Numbered from the stretch's first letter, positions 20,174 through 29,803 are shown. The stretch is 32,000 nucleotides of DNA from Aliivibrio fischeri ES114 (GCF_000011805.1 NC_006840.2); one strand, 5' to 3'. Numbers and translations: made by a program. Notes: generated by a model not told the origin, from the letters alone.

Positions 20174-20242
20174 AATCAATCATGACAATTTTATTTTTCT
20201 GTTACCAAAAAACAAAAAACGCTAATAATACTACGCAAACAC

Positions 20243-21148
20243 TTAACTAAACTGTTGTTGCTCTCTGTCTGAGTCTAGCACAACTGATAATGGGTCTTGA
20301 TGAATTATAATATCAGAATGTGGGAATACAGATAAAAGCTCATCTTCTACAGCATCTGCAATCTTATGTGCTTGAACTAAAGGCATTTGATCTGGAAGTT
20401 CTAAATGTAGTTGAATAAATCGAGTTGGGCCAGCTAAACGAGTACGTAAATCATGAATCCCCTTCACTCCTTCAACTCGACAACACGCTTCTCTTATTTG
20501 ATCTAACTCTTCTGCTGGTAATTGTCTATCAAGTAATAATTGAATCGCTTCATAAGCCATTTTAAAGGCACTTACTAATATATACGCCCCAATCACTAAG
20601 GCAAAAATAGCATCGGCTTGATGCCAACCGTACCAGCTTAATGCCAGTGCCAACATAATAGCCGCATTCATAAATAAATCCGTTTTATAATGCAGAGAGT
20701 CAGCAGCAATCGCTTGGCTTCCTGTTTGCTTAACGACCCACTGTTGAACCAACACAAGGCCAAGAGTTAAAACGATAGCAAAACCACTGACATACACACC
20801 TAATTCAGGAGCAATCACATCTTGAGGACGGAAAAAACGCTCAACACCATTCAGTAACAAGAAACAAGCAGAGCCAGAGATAAACATAGCTTGAGCCAAT
20901 GCAGCAAGAGATTCAGCCTTACCATGCCCAAATCGATGTTCTTCATCTGGTGGCTGAAGTGCATAACGCACAACCAATAAATTAGTAATCGAAGCGCCCA
21001 TATCAAGCAATGAATCAACGAGTGAAGCCAGTAAACTCACCGAACCGGTTACCCACCAAGTTCCTAATTTAAATAACATTAAAACCGTAGCAACTATGGT
21101 TGCAAGCCATGCAGCCATTGTTACTAAAGAGGCGTATTTCTGAGTCAT
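20243..21148 (-). CDS. fieF: Cation diffusion facilitator family Fe/Zn efflux transporter FieF (YiiP)
   Basis: 301-aa ORF with six N-terminal TM segments and a C-terminal cytoplasmic domain. It carries CDF motifs ([18 protein letters not shown]). Synteny cpxP-fieF-pfkA matches E. coli. Confidence 0.9.
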   Translation of the reverse strand: MTQKYASLVTMAAWLATIVATVLMLFKLGTWWVTGSVSLLASLVDSLLDMGASITNLLVVRYALQPPDEEHRFGHGKAESLAALAQAMFISGSACFLLLNGVERFFRPQDVIAPELGVYVSGFAIVLTLGLVLVQQWVVKQTGSQAIAADSLHYKTDLFMNAAIMLALALSWYGWHQADAIFALVIGAYILVSAFKMAYEAIQLLLDRQLPAEELDQIREACCRVEGVKGIHDLRTRLAGPTRFIQLHLELPDQMPLVQAHKIADAVEDELLSVFPHSDIIIHQDPLSVVLDSDREQQQFS

Positions 21149-21246
21149 GTTTTTCCCATTGCTTAAAAATCAATCCCTAGTATAAAGATTTAATCTCAAA
21201 ATCGTAATTCCATTTTTTAATATATTTACAACAATATTGGCATAAA

Positions 21247-21281
21247 CAAAAAAACGAGCCCCTACTTTCATAAGGACTCGT
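21247..21281 (-). terminator. Rho-independent terminator downstream of cpxP
   Basis: On the minus strand: ACGAGTCC ... GGGGCTCGT (8 pairs including one G-U) followed by TTTTTTT. It starts about 26 nt after the cpxP stop codon. Confidence 0.75.
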
Positions 21282-21306
21282 TTCATTTTTATTCGACTAA
21301 AGCGAA

Positions 21307-21798
21307 TTAATGCGCGCAATCAGCAATATATTTATCTTGGTTTGCTTTAAATTCTGCTTTTTGCTCAGGAGTTAAAATGTTCATCATTTCGTGACGTTTT
21401 TTCATCATTTCTACACGACGATCGATCTGACGTTGTGACATTTTTTCAGCTAAATCACGTACTGCTTGCTCATCAAAGTTATCCGCTAAGATTAAGTCCT
21501 GCATAGCTTGGTGATCGGCTTTCATTTCAGCAGTTGGTTGACGATGCTCACCTCTTTTCGCTTTATGTTCAGCTTTACGCTCGTCACGCATTTTTTCAAA
21601 TTGTGCTTTCTGCTCATCGGTTAGATCAAGATCTTTAAATGCTTTTTCCGTTGGCCTTCATCATGCACTTACCACCGAGCATCCTTCACCTTTCTTTCCA
21701 CCATCATGATGACCACCACCAAAAGCAAATGCCGATGTTGACGCTAAAGAAAGAGGAAGAACAACTGCGCCTAAAACCATTTTTTTCATCATATTCAT
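21307..21798 (-). pseudogene. cpxP: cpxP-like periplasmic LTXXQ-family gene interrupted by two tandem in-frame TGA codons
   Basis: From ATG 21798, with the SD GGAGA 7 nt upstream, it reads MNMMKKMVLGAVVLPLSLASTSAFA/FGGGHHDGGKKGEGCSVVSA. Then come TGA TGA (plus-strand tcatca at 21658-21663). The same frame continues RPTEKAFKDLDLTDEQKAQFEKMRDER...ILTPEQKAEFKANQDKYIADCAH, with two LTXXQ motifs. The ORF track reports only the 94-aa 3' part (21307-21591). The position, divergent from cpxRA with CpxR boxes in between, supports the cpxP call. Confidence 0.75.
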
Positions 21799-21883
21799 TG
21801 TATTATCTCCGTTGAAGAAATCTTATTGTATGGGTACAACAACTCTGCGTTGTTTGGTATGAGGTAAGAATAGCTCAGTCAAC

Positions 21884-21919
21884 GTAAATGAGTGTATTTT
21901 GAGCGTAAAGCAACGTAAA
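21884..21919. promoter_or_regulatory. CpxR-P binding boxes in the cpxP/cpxRA divergent control region
   Basis: A perfect GTAAA-gcaac-GTAAA lies at 21905-21919, matching the consensus GTAAA-N5-GTAAA. An adjacent GTAAA-tgagt-GTATT lies at 21884-21898. The four pentamers are phased at about 10-11 bp. They sit directly upstream of a minus-strand -35 TTGACT (21882-21877). Confidence 0.75.
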
Positions 21920-22003
21920 GGTTATTTTGAAGGTTGGTATTCCTTCGTTTATTTGGCGATACTATCATTACCAAATGGTTGGTAAGAAAGCGAGTAGATA
22001 AGA

Positions 22004-22687
22004 ATGGCAAAGATTTTATTAGTTGATGATGATATTGAACTGACAGCTCTGTTAAAAGATATCTTAAGTTTAGAAGGCTATAACGTAATAGAAGCTAATA
22101 ATGGTATTGAAGGTTTAGCTGCAATAACCGATGATCTTGACCTTATTTTGCTTGATATCATGATGCCTAAAATGAATGGCATGGATATGCTCCGTAAATT
22201 ACGAGAGACAAATGAAACGCCTGTTCTTATGCTCACAGCCAAAGGTGAAGAAATTGATCGTGTGATTGGTCTTGAGCTTGGTGCAGATGATTACTTACCA
22301 AAGCCATTTAGCGACAGAGAGTTACTAGCTCGAATTCGTGCCATCTTACGACGTACTCAAGGCAAAACAAAAGAGAGTAATAGCAGTAGTATCAAATACC
22401 AAGATATTGAACTCTTTGTTGGCAAACAAGAAGCTTATCGCAATGGTGAACTAATGGAGCTAACAGGAACTGAATTCGGTCTATTATCCCAGTTCATCCA
22501 AAAGCCAGGCGAAATAATATCGAAAGAAGATCTCAGCTTAGAAGTACTAGGCAAACGTCTTGCACCATTTGATCGTGCTATTGATATGCACGTGTCTAAT
22601 TTACGCAAAAAATTACCGCCACTATCAGAAGGAAAACCTCGAATTAAAACATTACGAGGCCGCGGCTATTTGTTTGTAGAGGAGTAA
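22004..22687 (+). CDS. cpxR: Envelope-stress response regulator CpxR (OmpR family)
   Basis: 227-aa ORF with a receiver domain (LLVDDD..., LDIMMP, LTAKG) and a winged-helix C-terminus (LRGRGYLF). It is followed 3 nt later by cpxA. Confidence 0.93.
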   Translation: MAKILLVDDDIELTALLKDILSLEGYNVIEANNGIEGLAAITDDLDLILLDIMMPKMNGMDMLRKLRETNETPVLMLTAKGEEIDRVIGLELGADDYLPKPFSDRELLARIRAILRRTQGKTKESNSSSIKYQDIELFVGKQEAYRNGELMELTGTEFGLLSQFIQKPGEIISKEDLSLEVLGKRLAPFDRAIDMHVSNLRKKLPPLSEGKPRIKTLRGRGYLFVEE

Positions 22688-22690
22688 TCG

Positions 22691-24079
22691 GTGTTTAAGG
22701 TAAATACTCGCTTCCCCCTTTTATCCAGCTTATATGGCCGGATCTTTGCCATTTTTTGGTTAACCTTACTATTGGTGCTTATTGGGGTTGTTATTGGCCC
22801 CAACTTTGACCCCCGTTCTCGTCACAATATTGCAGCTGAGCATCTAACTAAAATGACTCAAATTGCCGCTTACATTACAGGAAAGTACTCTGAGCGTGAT
22901 AATTTGAAAAAAACATTGAAAGAGATCAGTCACCGAGCGCATAGACACGACGAAAATCTTGATCTATTTTTCACCACCCCAACGGGTGAAATTTTAGATA
23001 AACCAAGAGAACTTCGAGGAAGAAAAAAAGCCTTACTTAACTTTTTAACGCTGTCTGATAATCCCGAATTACCACAACAAAAACTTTATGGAAGAACCAT
23101 GATGGCTGGTCCTTTTGATATCGTGATTGCCCATGAAACCGTTTATATGTATGTGGGGCGATATTGGAAAAAGCCACCACCATTTATTCTTAGAATATTA
23201 GATAAACCAGGGCAATTACTCTTAGTTACCATGCTCGTTAGTACGCCCTTTTTACTTTGGCTTGCTTGGGCATTAAGTCAACCTGCAAGGCGTTTACAAA
23301 AGGCAGCAGAGCGCGTTGCTAAAGGCCAATTTGAAAAAGATAAAGATCTTGAAAAAGGTCCAAGAGAGTTTAGAAAAACCGGACAAAGCTTTAATCAGAT
23401 GGTTGGCTCATTAAATACTATGATTTCGGGTCAACAACGTTTACTTTCAGATATTTCACATGAATTACGCTCCCCGCTAACCCGTTTAAGAATGGCAACT
23501 GCCCTTGCCACTCGTAAACAAGGGGAAAGTGCAGAATTATCTCGAATAGATATGGAAGCAGATCGTTTAGAACAAATGATATCTGAGTTATTGGAGCTTT
23601 CTCGCATTCAAGTTAATAGTCATCAAGAGCGAGAAAAAACCGATGCTTATTCATTATGGTTTGATATTTTAGAAGACGCCAAATTTGAAGCCGAGCATTT
23701 AAATAAAGTACTGACTTACTCTGATTTAAAAGAAACGCCTATTTTTGGGAACCCGAATTTATTAATGAGCGCAGTAGAAAACGTAATACGTAATGCCATT
23801 AAATACGGTAACGATGTAGTCACGGTGAACATTAATGACACAGGTAAAACTCTCACCATCATCGTTGATGATAATGGCGAAGGTGTCCCTGAAGATGAAC
23901 TACAAGATATCTTTAAACCTTTCTACCGTGTCTCTACCGCTCGTGATCGAAGCAGTGGCGGAACTGGGCTTGGTTTAGCGATTACTGAAAGTGCCATTTA
24001 TCAACACAATGGGACAATTATTGCGAGCCGAAGTCCATTAGGTGGATTACGAATGACAATAACACTGCCAATAGAATAA
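22691..24079 (+). CDS. cpxA: Envelope-stress sensor histidine kinase CpxA
   Basis: 462-aa ORF with a GTG start after the SD GAGGAG. It has two TM segments flanking a periplasmic domain, a HAMP region, the H-box SHELRSPLTRL, an N box (NAIKYG) and G boxes (DDNGEGV, GGTGLGLAI). Confidence 0.93.
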   Translation: MFKVNTRFPLLSSLYGRIFAIFWLTLLLVLIGVVIGPNFDPRSRHNIAAEHLTKMTQIAAYITGKYSERDNLKKTLKEISHRAHRHDENLDLFFTTPTGEILDKPRELRGRKKALLNFLTLSDNPELPQQKLYGRTMMAGPFDIVIAHETVYMYVGRYWKKPPPFILRILDKPGQLLLVTMLVSTPFLLWLAWALSQPARRLQKAAERVAKGQFEKDKDLEKGPREFRKTGQSFNQMVGSLNTMISGQQRLLSDISHELRSPLTRLRMATALATRKQGESAELSRIDMEADRLEQMISELLELSRIQVNSHQEREKTDAYSLWFDILEDAKFEAEHLNKVLTYSDLKETPIFGNPNLLMSAVENVIRNAIKYGNDVVTVNINDTGKTLTIIVDDNGEGVPEDELQDIFKPFYRVSTARDRSSGGTGLGLAITESAIYQHNGTIIASRSPLGGLRMTITLPIE

Positions 24080-24200
24080 ATTCTTCAAAACCTAACACTC
24101 GTGGCTTATATCAAACAAAACGAATCTCGATATAAGTCATGTGTTATTTGGATGAGTTTAGATATACTGCTTTTAATTTCCGTTTATTCAAGAGTTCATT

Positions 24201-24680
24201 ATGTTTGATATTGCGCTGTACGAACCTGAAATCGCCCCAAATACGGGCAACATTATCCGATTATCTGCTAACTGTGGTGCAAACCTACATTTGATTGAAC
24301 CACTGGGTTTTGATTTAGAAGAAAAGAAATTACGTCGCGCAGGTTTAGACTACCACGATTTAGCACACGTAAAACGCCACAAAAACTACGCCGCATTTCT
24401 TGAATATTTAGCCAATGACAGTGATGTAGAGCACCGTATTTTTGCTTGTACAACTAAGACAACTGGTCACCACACAACACCAACCTATCAGAAAGGTGAT
24501 GTGTTGTTATTTGGTCCTGAAACTCGTGGATTGCCTGCTGATTTAATTGATGGTTTACCTATGGAACAACGTGTTCGCATTCCAATGATGCCAGATAGCC
24601 GTAGCTTAAACCTATCGAACTCTGTCGCCATCATCGTATTCGAAGCATGGCGCCAAATGGGATTCGAAGGCGGGTTATAA
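24201..24680 (+). CDS. trmL: tRNA (cytidine/uridine34-2'-O)-methyltransferase TrmL (SpoU/TrmH family)
   Basis: 159-aa [24 protein letters not shown]..., FGPETRGLP and [17 protein letters not shown] are SPOUT-class motifs. It is adjacent to cysE, as with E. coli yibK. Confidence 0.92.
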   Translation: MFDIALYEPEIAPNTGNIIRLSANCGANLHLIEPLGFDLEEKKLRRAGLDYHDLAHVKRHKNYAAFLEYLANDSDVEHRIFACTTKTTGHHTTPTYQKGDVLLFGPETRGLPADLIDGLPMEQRVRIPMMPDSRSLNLSNSVAIIVFEAWRQMGFEGGL

Positions 24681-24707
24681 TCCTCGACAATAAGAGACTT
24701 CAGATAC

Positions 24708-24737
24708 AAAAATAGCCACTCTATAGTGGCTATTTTT
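24708..24737. terminator. Bidirectional rho-independent terminator between convergent trmL and cysE
   Basis: Perfect 13-bp stem AAAAATAGCCACT (24708-24720) / AGTGGCTATTTTT (24725-24737) with loop CTAT. Confidence 0.85.
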
Positions 24738-24779
24738 ATGCGTATTCTTGGATGATCTGTTCTTTAACTGTAATAGGTA

Positions 24780-25601
24780 TTAAATCCCATCACCAGCAAC
24801 AAAGGTTTGAGATTTACCGTTAAACTGTTGGTCCATATCAAGAGAAGGCATTTCAGAGCTCGGACGCCCAACGATTTTTGCAGGAACACCCGCAACCGTC
24901 GTATGAGGAGGAACAGCCTGCAATACTACAGAACATGAACCAATCTTAGCGCCAACACCTACTTCAATGTTGCCTAAAATCTTTGCACCAGCACCGATCA
25001 TAACGCCTTCACGGATCTTAGGATGACGATCACCACACTCTTTACCTGTACCACCAAGTGTCACGTCCTGCAAAATAGAAACGTCGTTTTCAACTACCGC
25101 AGTTTCACCAATAACGATACCTGTAGCATGGTCAAACATGATCCCTTTACCGATGGTGGCAGCTGGGTGAACATCCACCTGACAAGCAACAGAAATTTCA
25201 TTTTGTAGGTACGTTGCCAATGCAACACGGCCCTGTTTCCATAGCCAGTTTGATACACGGTAGCCTTGCAATGCGTGGTAGCCTTTTAAATACAACAAAG
25301 GCATTGAGTACATAGAAACCGCAGGGTCTCGAGTCACGGTTGCACAAATATCGCATGCCGCAGCATCAGTAATCGTTGGATCTGAAGCAAACGCTTCCTC
25401 AACGACTTCGCGAACCGCCATCGCTGGCATTGAAGCCGTAGCCAATTTATTCGCTAAAATATAACTTAATGCTGCCGCTAAATTTTCATGTTTAATGATG
25501 GTTGCATGATAAAAGCTTGCAAGCATGGGTTCTTGTTCTGATTGCTCACGCGCTTCTCGAACAATACATTCCCATACTTTGTGTTTCTTACATTCATTCA
25601 T
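24780..25601 (-). CDS. cysE: Serine O-acetyltransferase
   Basis: 273-aa ORF with the N-terminal SATase helical domain and C-terminal hexapeptide repeats (GIVIGETAVVENDVSILQDVTLGGTGK..., RHPKIREGVMIGAGAKILGNIEVG). Confidence 0.96.
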   Translation of the reverse strand: MNECKKHKVWECIVREAREQSEQEPMLASFYHATIIKHENLAAALSYILANKLATASMPAMAVREVVEEAFASDPTITDAAACDICATVTRDPAVSMYSMPLLYLKGYHALQGYRVSNWLWKQGRVALATYLQNEISVACQVDVHPAATIGKGIMFDHATGIVIGETAVVENDVSILQDVTLGGTGKECGDRHPKIREGVMIGAGAKILGNIEVGVGAKIGSCSVVLQAVPPHTTVAGVPAKIVGRPSSEMPSLDMDQQFNGKSQTFVAGDGI

Positions 25602-25619
25602 CTTAATACCATCCTTGAT

Positions 25620-26642
25620 TTACGATTCTGATTTTTTGTCTCGCGCTAATAAGTCCTGCGCAGCGACTCTTGCATCTTTTCCTTGATACAATACTTGATA
25701 AATTTGCTCAACTATAGGCATTTCAACGCCCATACGATTCGCAAGCAGCCAAACTTCTTTGGTATTGCGATAACCTTCAACCACTTGACCAATTTCTTCT
25801 TGAGCGCTATCTACATCGCCACCTTGGCCTAAAGCCAAACCAAAACGACGGTTACGAGACTGGTTATCAGTACAAGTTAATACTAAGTCACCTAAACCTG
25901 CCATGCCCATGAAAGTTTCAGCTTCAGCACCTAAAGCCACACCTAATCGAGTCATTTCAGCTAAGCCACGAGTGATTAATGCCGTACGAGCATTAGCGCC
26001 AAAACCAATACCATCAGACATACCCGCACCAATAGCGATTACGTTTTTCACCGCGCCACCTAATTGCATTCCCGTAAAATCATTATTTGCATAAACACGG
26101 AATGTTTTAGAACAGTGGATTTTTTCTTGTAGGTCTTTAACAAACTCTTTATCAGGAGACGCTACAGCGATCGCCGTTGGCATACCAGAAGCAAGTTCTT
26201 TAGCAAAAGTAGGTCCAGAAAGCACAGCCAGTGAATGCGATTCACCTAACGCCTCAACTGCCACTTCTTTTAATAAACGACCTGTTTCAGGCTCAAGCCC
26301 TTTTGTTGCCCAGCAGATACGAGAATCATCACGTAAAAATGGTTTTACATTACCAAGAACCAAACCAAACACATGACTTGGAACTACAACAAGTAAATCA
26401 CGGCTCGCTTGAACTGATTTTTCAAGATCAGTCGACATGATTAATGATGGTGGAAAAGCAACACCAGGTAAAAACTCTTCATTTGCGCGATCGGCTTCAA
26501 GACGATTCATATGTGCTTCTTCATGGCCCCATAAAATCACTTTTGCGCCATTACGAGCGAGGGAAATAGCCAGAGACGTTCCGTATGAACCAGCACCAAG
26601 TACGGTCATTGAAATATCAGAGTAATCAGTTTGTGTTGTCAT
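25620..26642 (-). CDS. gpsA: NAD(P)H-dependent glycerol-3-phosphate dehydrogenase
   Basis: Close match to E. coli GpsA as recalled ([79 protein letters not shown]). The start is uncertain. ATG 26642 (MTTQTDY...) is preferred; ATG 26651 and the TTG 26660 used by the ORF track are alternatives. Confidence 0.94.
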   Translation of the reverse strand: MTTQTDYSDISMTVLGAGSYGTSLAISLARNGAKVILWGHEEAHMNRLEADRANEEFLPGVAFPPSLIMSTDLEKSVQASRDLLVVVPSHVFGLVLGNVKPFLRDDSRICWATKGLEPETGRLLKEVAVEALGESHSLAVLSGPTFAKELASGMPTAIAVASPDKEFVKDLQEKIHCSKTFRVYANNDFTGMQLGGAVKNVIAIGAGMSDGIGFGANARTALITRGLAEMTRLGVALGAEAETFMGMAGLGDLVLTCTDNQSRNRRFGLALGQGGDVDSAQEEIGQVVEGYRNTKEVWLLANRMGVEMPIVEQIYQVLYQGKDARVAAQDLLARDKKSES

Positions 26643-26801
26643 TGTGACCATCCAAAACAAGTATCAAGAGATACAGTTATATTAAAAGCAAAATGCACTT
26701 TCTACCAAAATACAGAAACTATAAAGCGTATAGAAACCATATTAGATAAAAAAGTGCATTTATTCTCTACAAATTAATCAATAGCACAAGGCTATTCATT
26801 A

Positions 26802-27272
26802 TTATGCTTCAGAAGGCGCAGCTGCGTTTTCTTGAGCTTGGCTTTGTAGGTAGTTCATGAACAATGCGTCAAAGTTAACTGGCGCAAGGTTTAGTTGTGG
26901 GAAAGTACCTTTAACTACTAGGCTAGAGATAGTTTCACGAGCATATGGGAACAGAATGTTCGGGCAGAATGCACCTAGGCAATGAGCTAGTTGAGCTTCT
27001 TCCATTTGACCAGCTGTAAAGATACCGCCTTGTTGAACTTCACAAAGGAATGCAGTTTCTTCTTCGTTCTTAACCGTAACAGTCAGACGTAGAACCACTT
27101 CATACACACCTTCACCTAGTTCACGGCTTTGAGTATCAAGATCCAGCTTAACATCTGGATTCCACTCTTTTTGGAACATAGTTGGTGAATTTGGCGCTTC
27201 AAAAGATACGTCTTTTAGGAAGATACGTTGAATTGCGAAGTTTTGTTGTTGCGCTTGTGCTGCTTCAGCCAT
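26802..27272 (-). CDS. secB: Protein-export chaperone SecB
   Basis: 156-aa [22 protein letters not shown] and [14 protein letters not shown]... match SecB. Synteny is secB-gpsA-cysE. Confidence 0.97.
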   Translation of the reverse strand: MAEAAQAQQQNFAIQRIFLKDVSFEAPNSPTMFQKEWNPDVKLDLDTQSRELGEGVYEVVLRLTVTVKNEEETAFLCEVQQGGIFTAGQMEEAQLAHCLGAFCPNILFPYARETISSLVVKGTFPQLNLAPVNFDALFMNYLQSQAQENAAAPSEA

Positions 27273-27401
27273 GGGAAAAGTCCTTTATGTAATATGTATA
27301 TGAATGCAGAATAACGATGTCACCTTACTCTGCATTCGTGATATCTAAAAAATGAGCCAGATATCACATCAAAATGAATCAATTGCTTAGGAAAGCGGCA
27401 A

Positions 27402-27839
27402 TTATTTTTTGCCTTTAACTAACGGTAAGTTAGCTTCATTCCAAGAGATTAGGCCATTCTTAAGTAATTTAACTTGCTCAAAGCCAGCTTTATGCAAATC
27501 ATTTGCTGCTGCTTGAGCTGTCTGACCTGTTTTACATACCACAATAATTGGGGTTGTTTTTGAGTTTTCAAGACCAGGCAAGTTACCTGCTTTAATGTCA
27601 CTTGGTAAAATGTGACGTGCATCCGTAATATGACCAGATTTAAACTCATCTTTAGAGCGAATATCTAAAACAATCGCATCTTCACGGTTCATTAGTGTTG
27701 TTGCTTGTGCTGGGTCGACTTCTTGGTAACCCGCTGTTTTTTGTTTTACTACGTTTTGAATTAACGCGACAACAATACCAATCCACACAACAGCTAAAAT
27801 CATGTTGTTGCTTACAAAATCAATGATCGAGGTTTCCAT
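27402..27839 (-). CDS. yibN: Membrane-anchored single-domain rhodanese (YibN-like sulfurtransferase)
   Basis: From ATG 27839 it encodes 145 aa. There is an N-terminal TM helix (ILAVVWIGIVVALI), then a rhodanese fold with the active-site loop VVCKTGQTA. The C-terminus LPLVKGKK resembles E. coli YibN, which lies upstream of secB. The 182-aa form in the ORF track starts at a TTG and adds 37 non-conserved residues. Confidence 0.8.
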   Translation of the reverse strand: METSIIDFVSNNMILAVVWIGIVVALIQNVVKQKTAGYQEVDPAQATTLMNREDAIVLDIRSKDEFKSGHITDARHILPSDIKAGNLPGLENSKTTPIIVVCKTGQTAQAAANDLHKAGFEQVKLLKNGLISWNEANLPLVKGKK

Positions 27840-28061
27840 ATTCTTTATCTCTGATGTATTAGATAACTCAATACCACTAATCGGATCGGTTACCATAGGC
27901 TCTAAATTTGAAGCGAAAGTATACCCTAGGGTTTGTTCTGAAACTAGCAAGGATAAAAAAACTCGCTAATACAAAGAAAATGCTGTGATATTGGTTTTAC
28001 AATTGAGACCAAAGTTAAACTCTATCTAGTCAGAACCCACTCGATCTGAAATAATGCAGCG

Positions 28062-29207
28062 ATGAACATATCCCTTTTAAACAATTCTTTCTTTTGTCGT
28101 CGATTAGCTACGACAGCGTTAGTATGTCTGGCATTTTCTTCTCCAATCTTGGTTCACGCTAGTGATGCCGAATTAAAGGGAATGAAACAAGAAATATCTC
28201 GCCAAAATACCGTATTAAGCAAACAGAAAAAAGAACTCTCTAGCCTTCAAAACAGCCTTAAAAAGCATGAAGTTTCGATAGCAAACGCATCGAAAAAAAT
28301 ACGTAATGCTGAACAAGAGTTAACGACATTAAAAAGCTCTATTAGCAGCCTTAAGCAGCAACAATCTGAATTGACCCAACAACAGATTGGACAGACTGAG
28401 ATATTAAAAGACCTATTAGTAAACTATTACTTAACCAGTCGAAATAACCAGTTATCAAATGTGCTTAGCGGTGATGATGTGACCAAAATGGATCGCATGA
28501 CTCAATACGCTCAACGTATATCAGAAGCTCGTGTTGGTGCCATCTCTCAATTAGAGTTCACCAATATGCAGCTTGAAGAAAAAGAAGCTGATTTGCTTGA
28601 AAAACAACAACGTCAAAGTGAACTTCTCGCTCAATACAAAAAAGAGAAAGTAACACTTCAAACATCGCAAAATAAGCGTAAAAAGACCGTTTCAAGTATC
28701 AGAAAACGCATTACAAACGAAAGCAGCTATTTAAATGAATTGCAGCAAAATGAAAAACGTTTAAAAACAGCGATAGCTAAAGCAAAAGCGAAAAATAATG
28801 TACCAATGGACGGCATTGGCCGACAAAAAGGCCGTCTACCTTGGCCAATAAGCAATCCAAAAACATTACACAGCTTTGGTACCAAACAAACAGGTCAATT
28901 AACTTGGAAAGGTATGGTACTCGCTGGTGATTACGGAACGCCTGTAAAAGCAGTCTATTCAGGTAAAGTTGTTTTTGCCGATTGGCTACGTGGTTATGGC
29001 TTGATGGTATTAATCGATCACGGTAAAGGTGATATGACGCTTTACGGCTACAACCAAAGCCTAATGAAGAAAGAAGGCGATAAAGTACGAGCAGGAGAAA
29101 CCATTGCGGTTGTGGGTGACAGTGGCGGTCAAGACAGACCTTCGCTTTACTTTGAGATCCGTCGTAACAGTAAAGCACAAAACCCACGTTCTTGGTTAAG
29201 ACGCTAA
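28062..29207 (+). CDS. envC: Murein hydrolase activator EnvC (coiled coil plus degenerate LytM/M23 domain)
   Basis: 381-aa ORF with a signal peptide and a long Gln/Lys/Glu-rich coiled coil. The C-terminal M23 domain reads GLPWP..., WKGMVL, GKVVFADWLRGYGLMVLIDHG, GDSGGQDRPSLYFEIRRN. Confidence 0.9.
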   Translation: MNISLLNNSFFCRRLATTALVCLAFSSPILVHASDAELKGMKQEISRQNTVLSKQKKELSSLQNSLKKHEVSIANASKKIRNAEQELTTLKSSISSLKQQQSELTQQQIGQTEILKDLLVNYYLTSRNNQLSNVLSGDDVTKMDRMTQYAQRISEARVGAISQLEFTNMQLEEKEADLLEKQQRQSELLAQYKKEKVTLQTSQNKRKKTVSSIRKRITNESSYLNELQQNEKRLKTAIAKAKAKNNVPMDGIGRQKGRLPWPISNPKTLHSFGTKQTGQLTWKGMVLAGDYGTPVKAVYSGKVVFADWLRGYGLMVLIDHGKGDMTLYGYNQSLMKKEGDKVRAGETIAVVGDSGGQDRPSLYFEIRRNSKAQNPRSWLRR

Positions 29208-29220
29208 CAATGAAATACTA

Positions 29221-29245
29221 AAAAGCCGCATAATGCGGCTTTTTT
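29221..29245. terminator. Bidirectional rho-independent terminator between convergent envC and fxsA
   Basis: AAAAGCCGCA-taa-TGCGGCTTTT (29221-29243) followed by a T-run. Confidence 0.85.
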
Positions 29246-29269
29246 ATTTAATTCGATAAATTAAGAAGA

Positions 29270-29803
29270 CTATTTTAAGGTCTTATTCGGATCATCTTCT
29301 TTACGTTGGAACTCACCCTCAAAGACATCCCCTTGTTGATCATCCTGACGTGAATGGTCAAATGGATTACCTTGATTAAACGGGCCATTTTGATCAAAGC
29401 CACCACCAAATCCTGCATGAAAGCCTCCTTGAGACGCTCCCATGTTATTCACTTTCACTCGACTCATTAGCTGTTTAGCTAAGTAAGCTCTTGGATCAGG
29501 TAATAGTACCAACATACCTAAAGTATCTGTCATAAAACCAGGAGTAAGCAGTAATACACCAGCAACCGCTAGCATAACCCCTTCAACAATTTGCTGTGCA
29601 GGCAATTCACCTTGCTGCAACTTAGATTGCACAGACATTAGGGTTTGAATCCCCTGACTACGCACTAATGATGCCCCAACAAAAGCAGTAATAAGAACTA
29701 ATGCAATAGTTGGCCACATTCCTAACATTCCTCCGACTTGCACAAACAGGGCAATCTCAATGATAGGTACAAATATAAACATCACTAATAAAATAGGAAA
29801 CAC
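29270..29803 (-). CDS. fxsA: Inner-membrane protein FxsA
   Basis: 177-aa ORF with a GTG start. The N-terminal membrane part has the motifs IEIALFVQVG and LLLTPGFMTDTLGMLVLLP, typical of FxsA. The C-terminal tail is Gly/Asp/Gln-rich. It is divergent from aspA, as in E. coli. Confidence 0.9.
   Translation of the reverse strand: MFPILLVMFIFVPIIEIALFVQVGGMLGMWPTIALVLITAFVGASLVRSQGIQTLMSVQSKLQQGELPAQQIVEGVMLAVAGVLLLTPGFMTDTLGMLVLLPDPRAYLAKQLMSRVKVNNMGASQGGFHAGFGGGFDQNGPFNQGNPFDHSRQDDQQGDVFEGEFQRKEDDPNKTLK

Noticed and set aside
21658-21663. The tandem TGA codons in cpxP as selenocysteine codons.
   Set aside because: Two adjacent UGA codons in a periplasmic chaperone family with no known selenoproteins make this unlikely. 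I also see no SECIS-like hairpin immediately downstream. Pseudogenisation or sequence error is far more likely.
24106-24141. Inverted repeat CTTATATC...GATATAAG downstream of cpxA.
   Set aside because: The stem is AT-rich with a 16-nt loop and no following T-run. It is not a convincing terminator or a recognisable motif.
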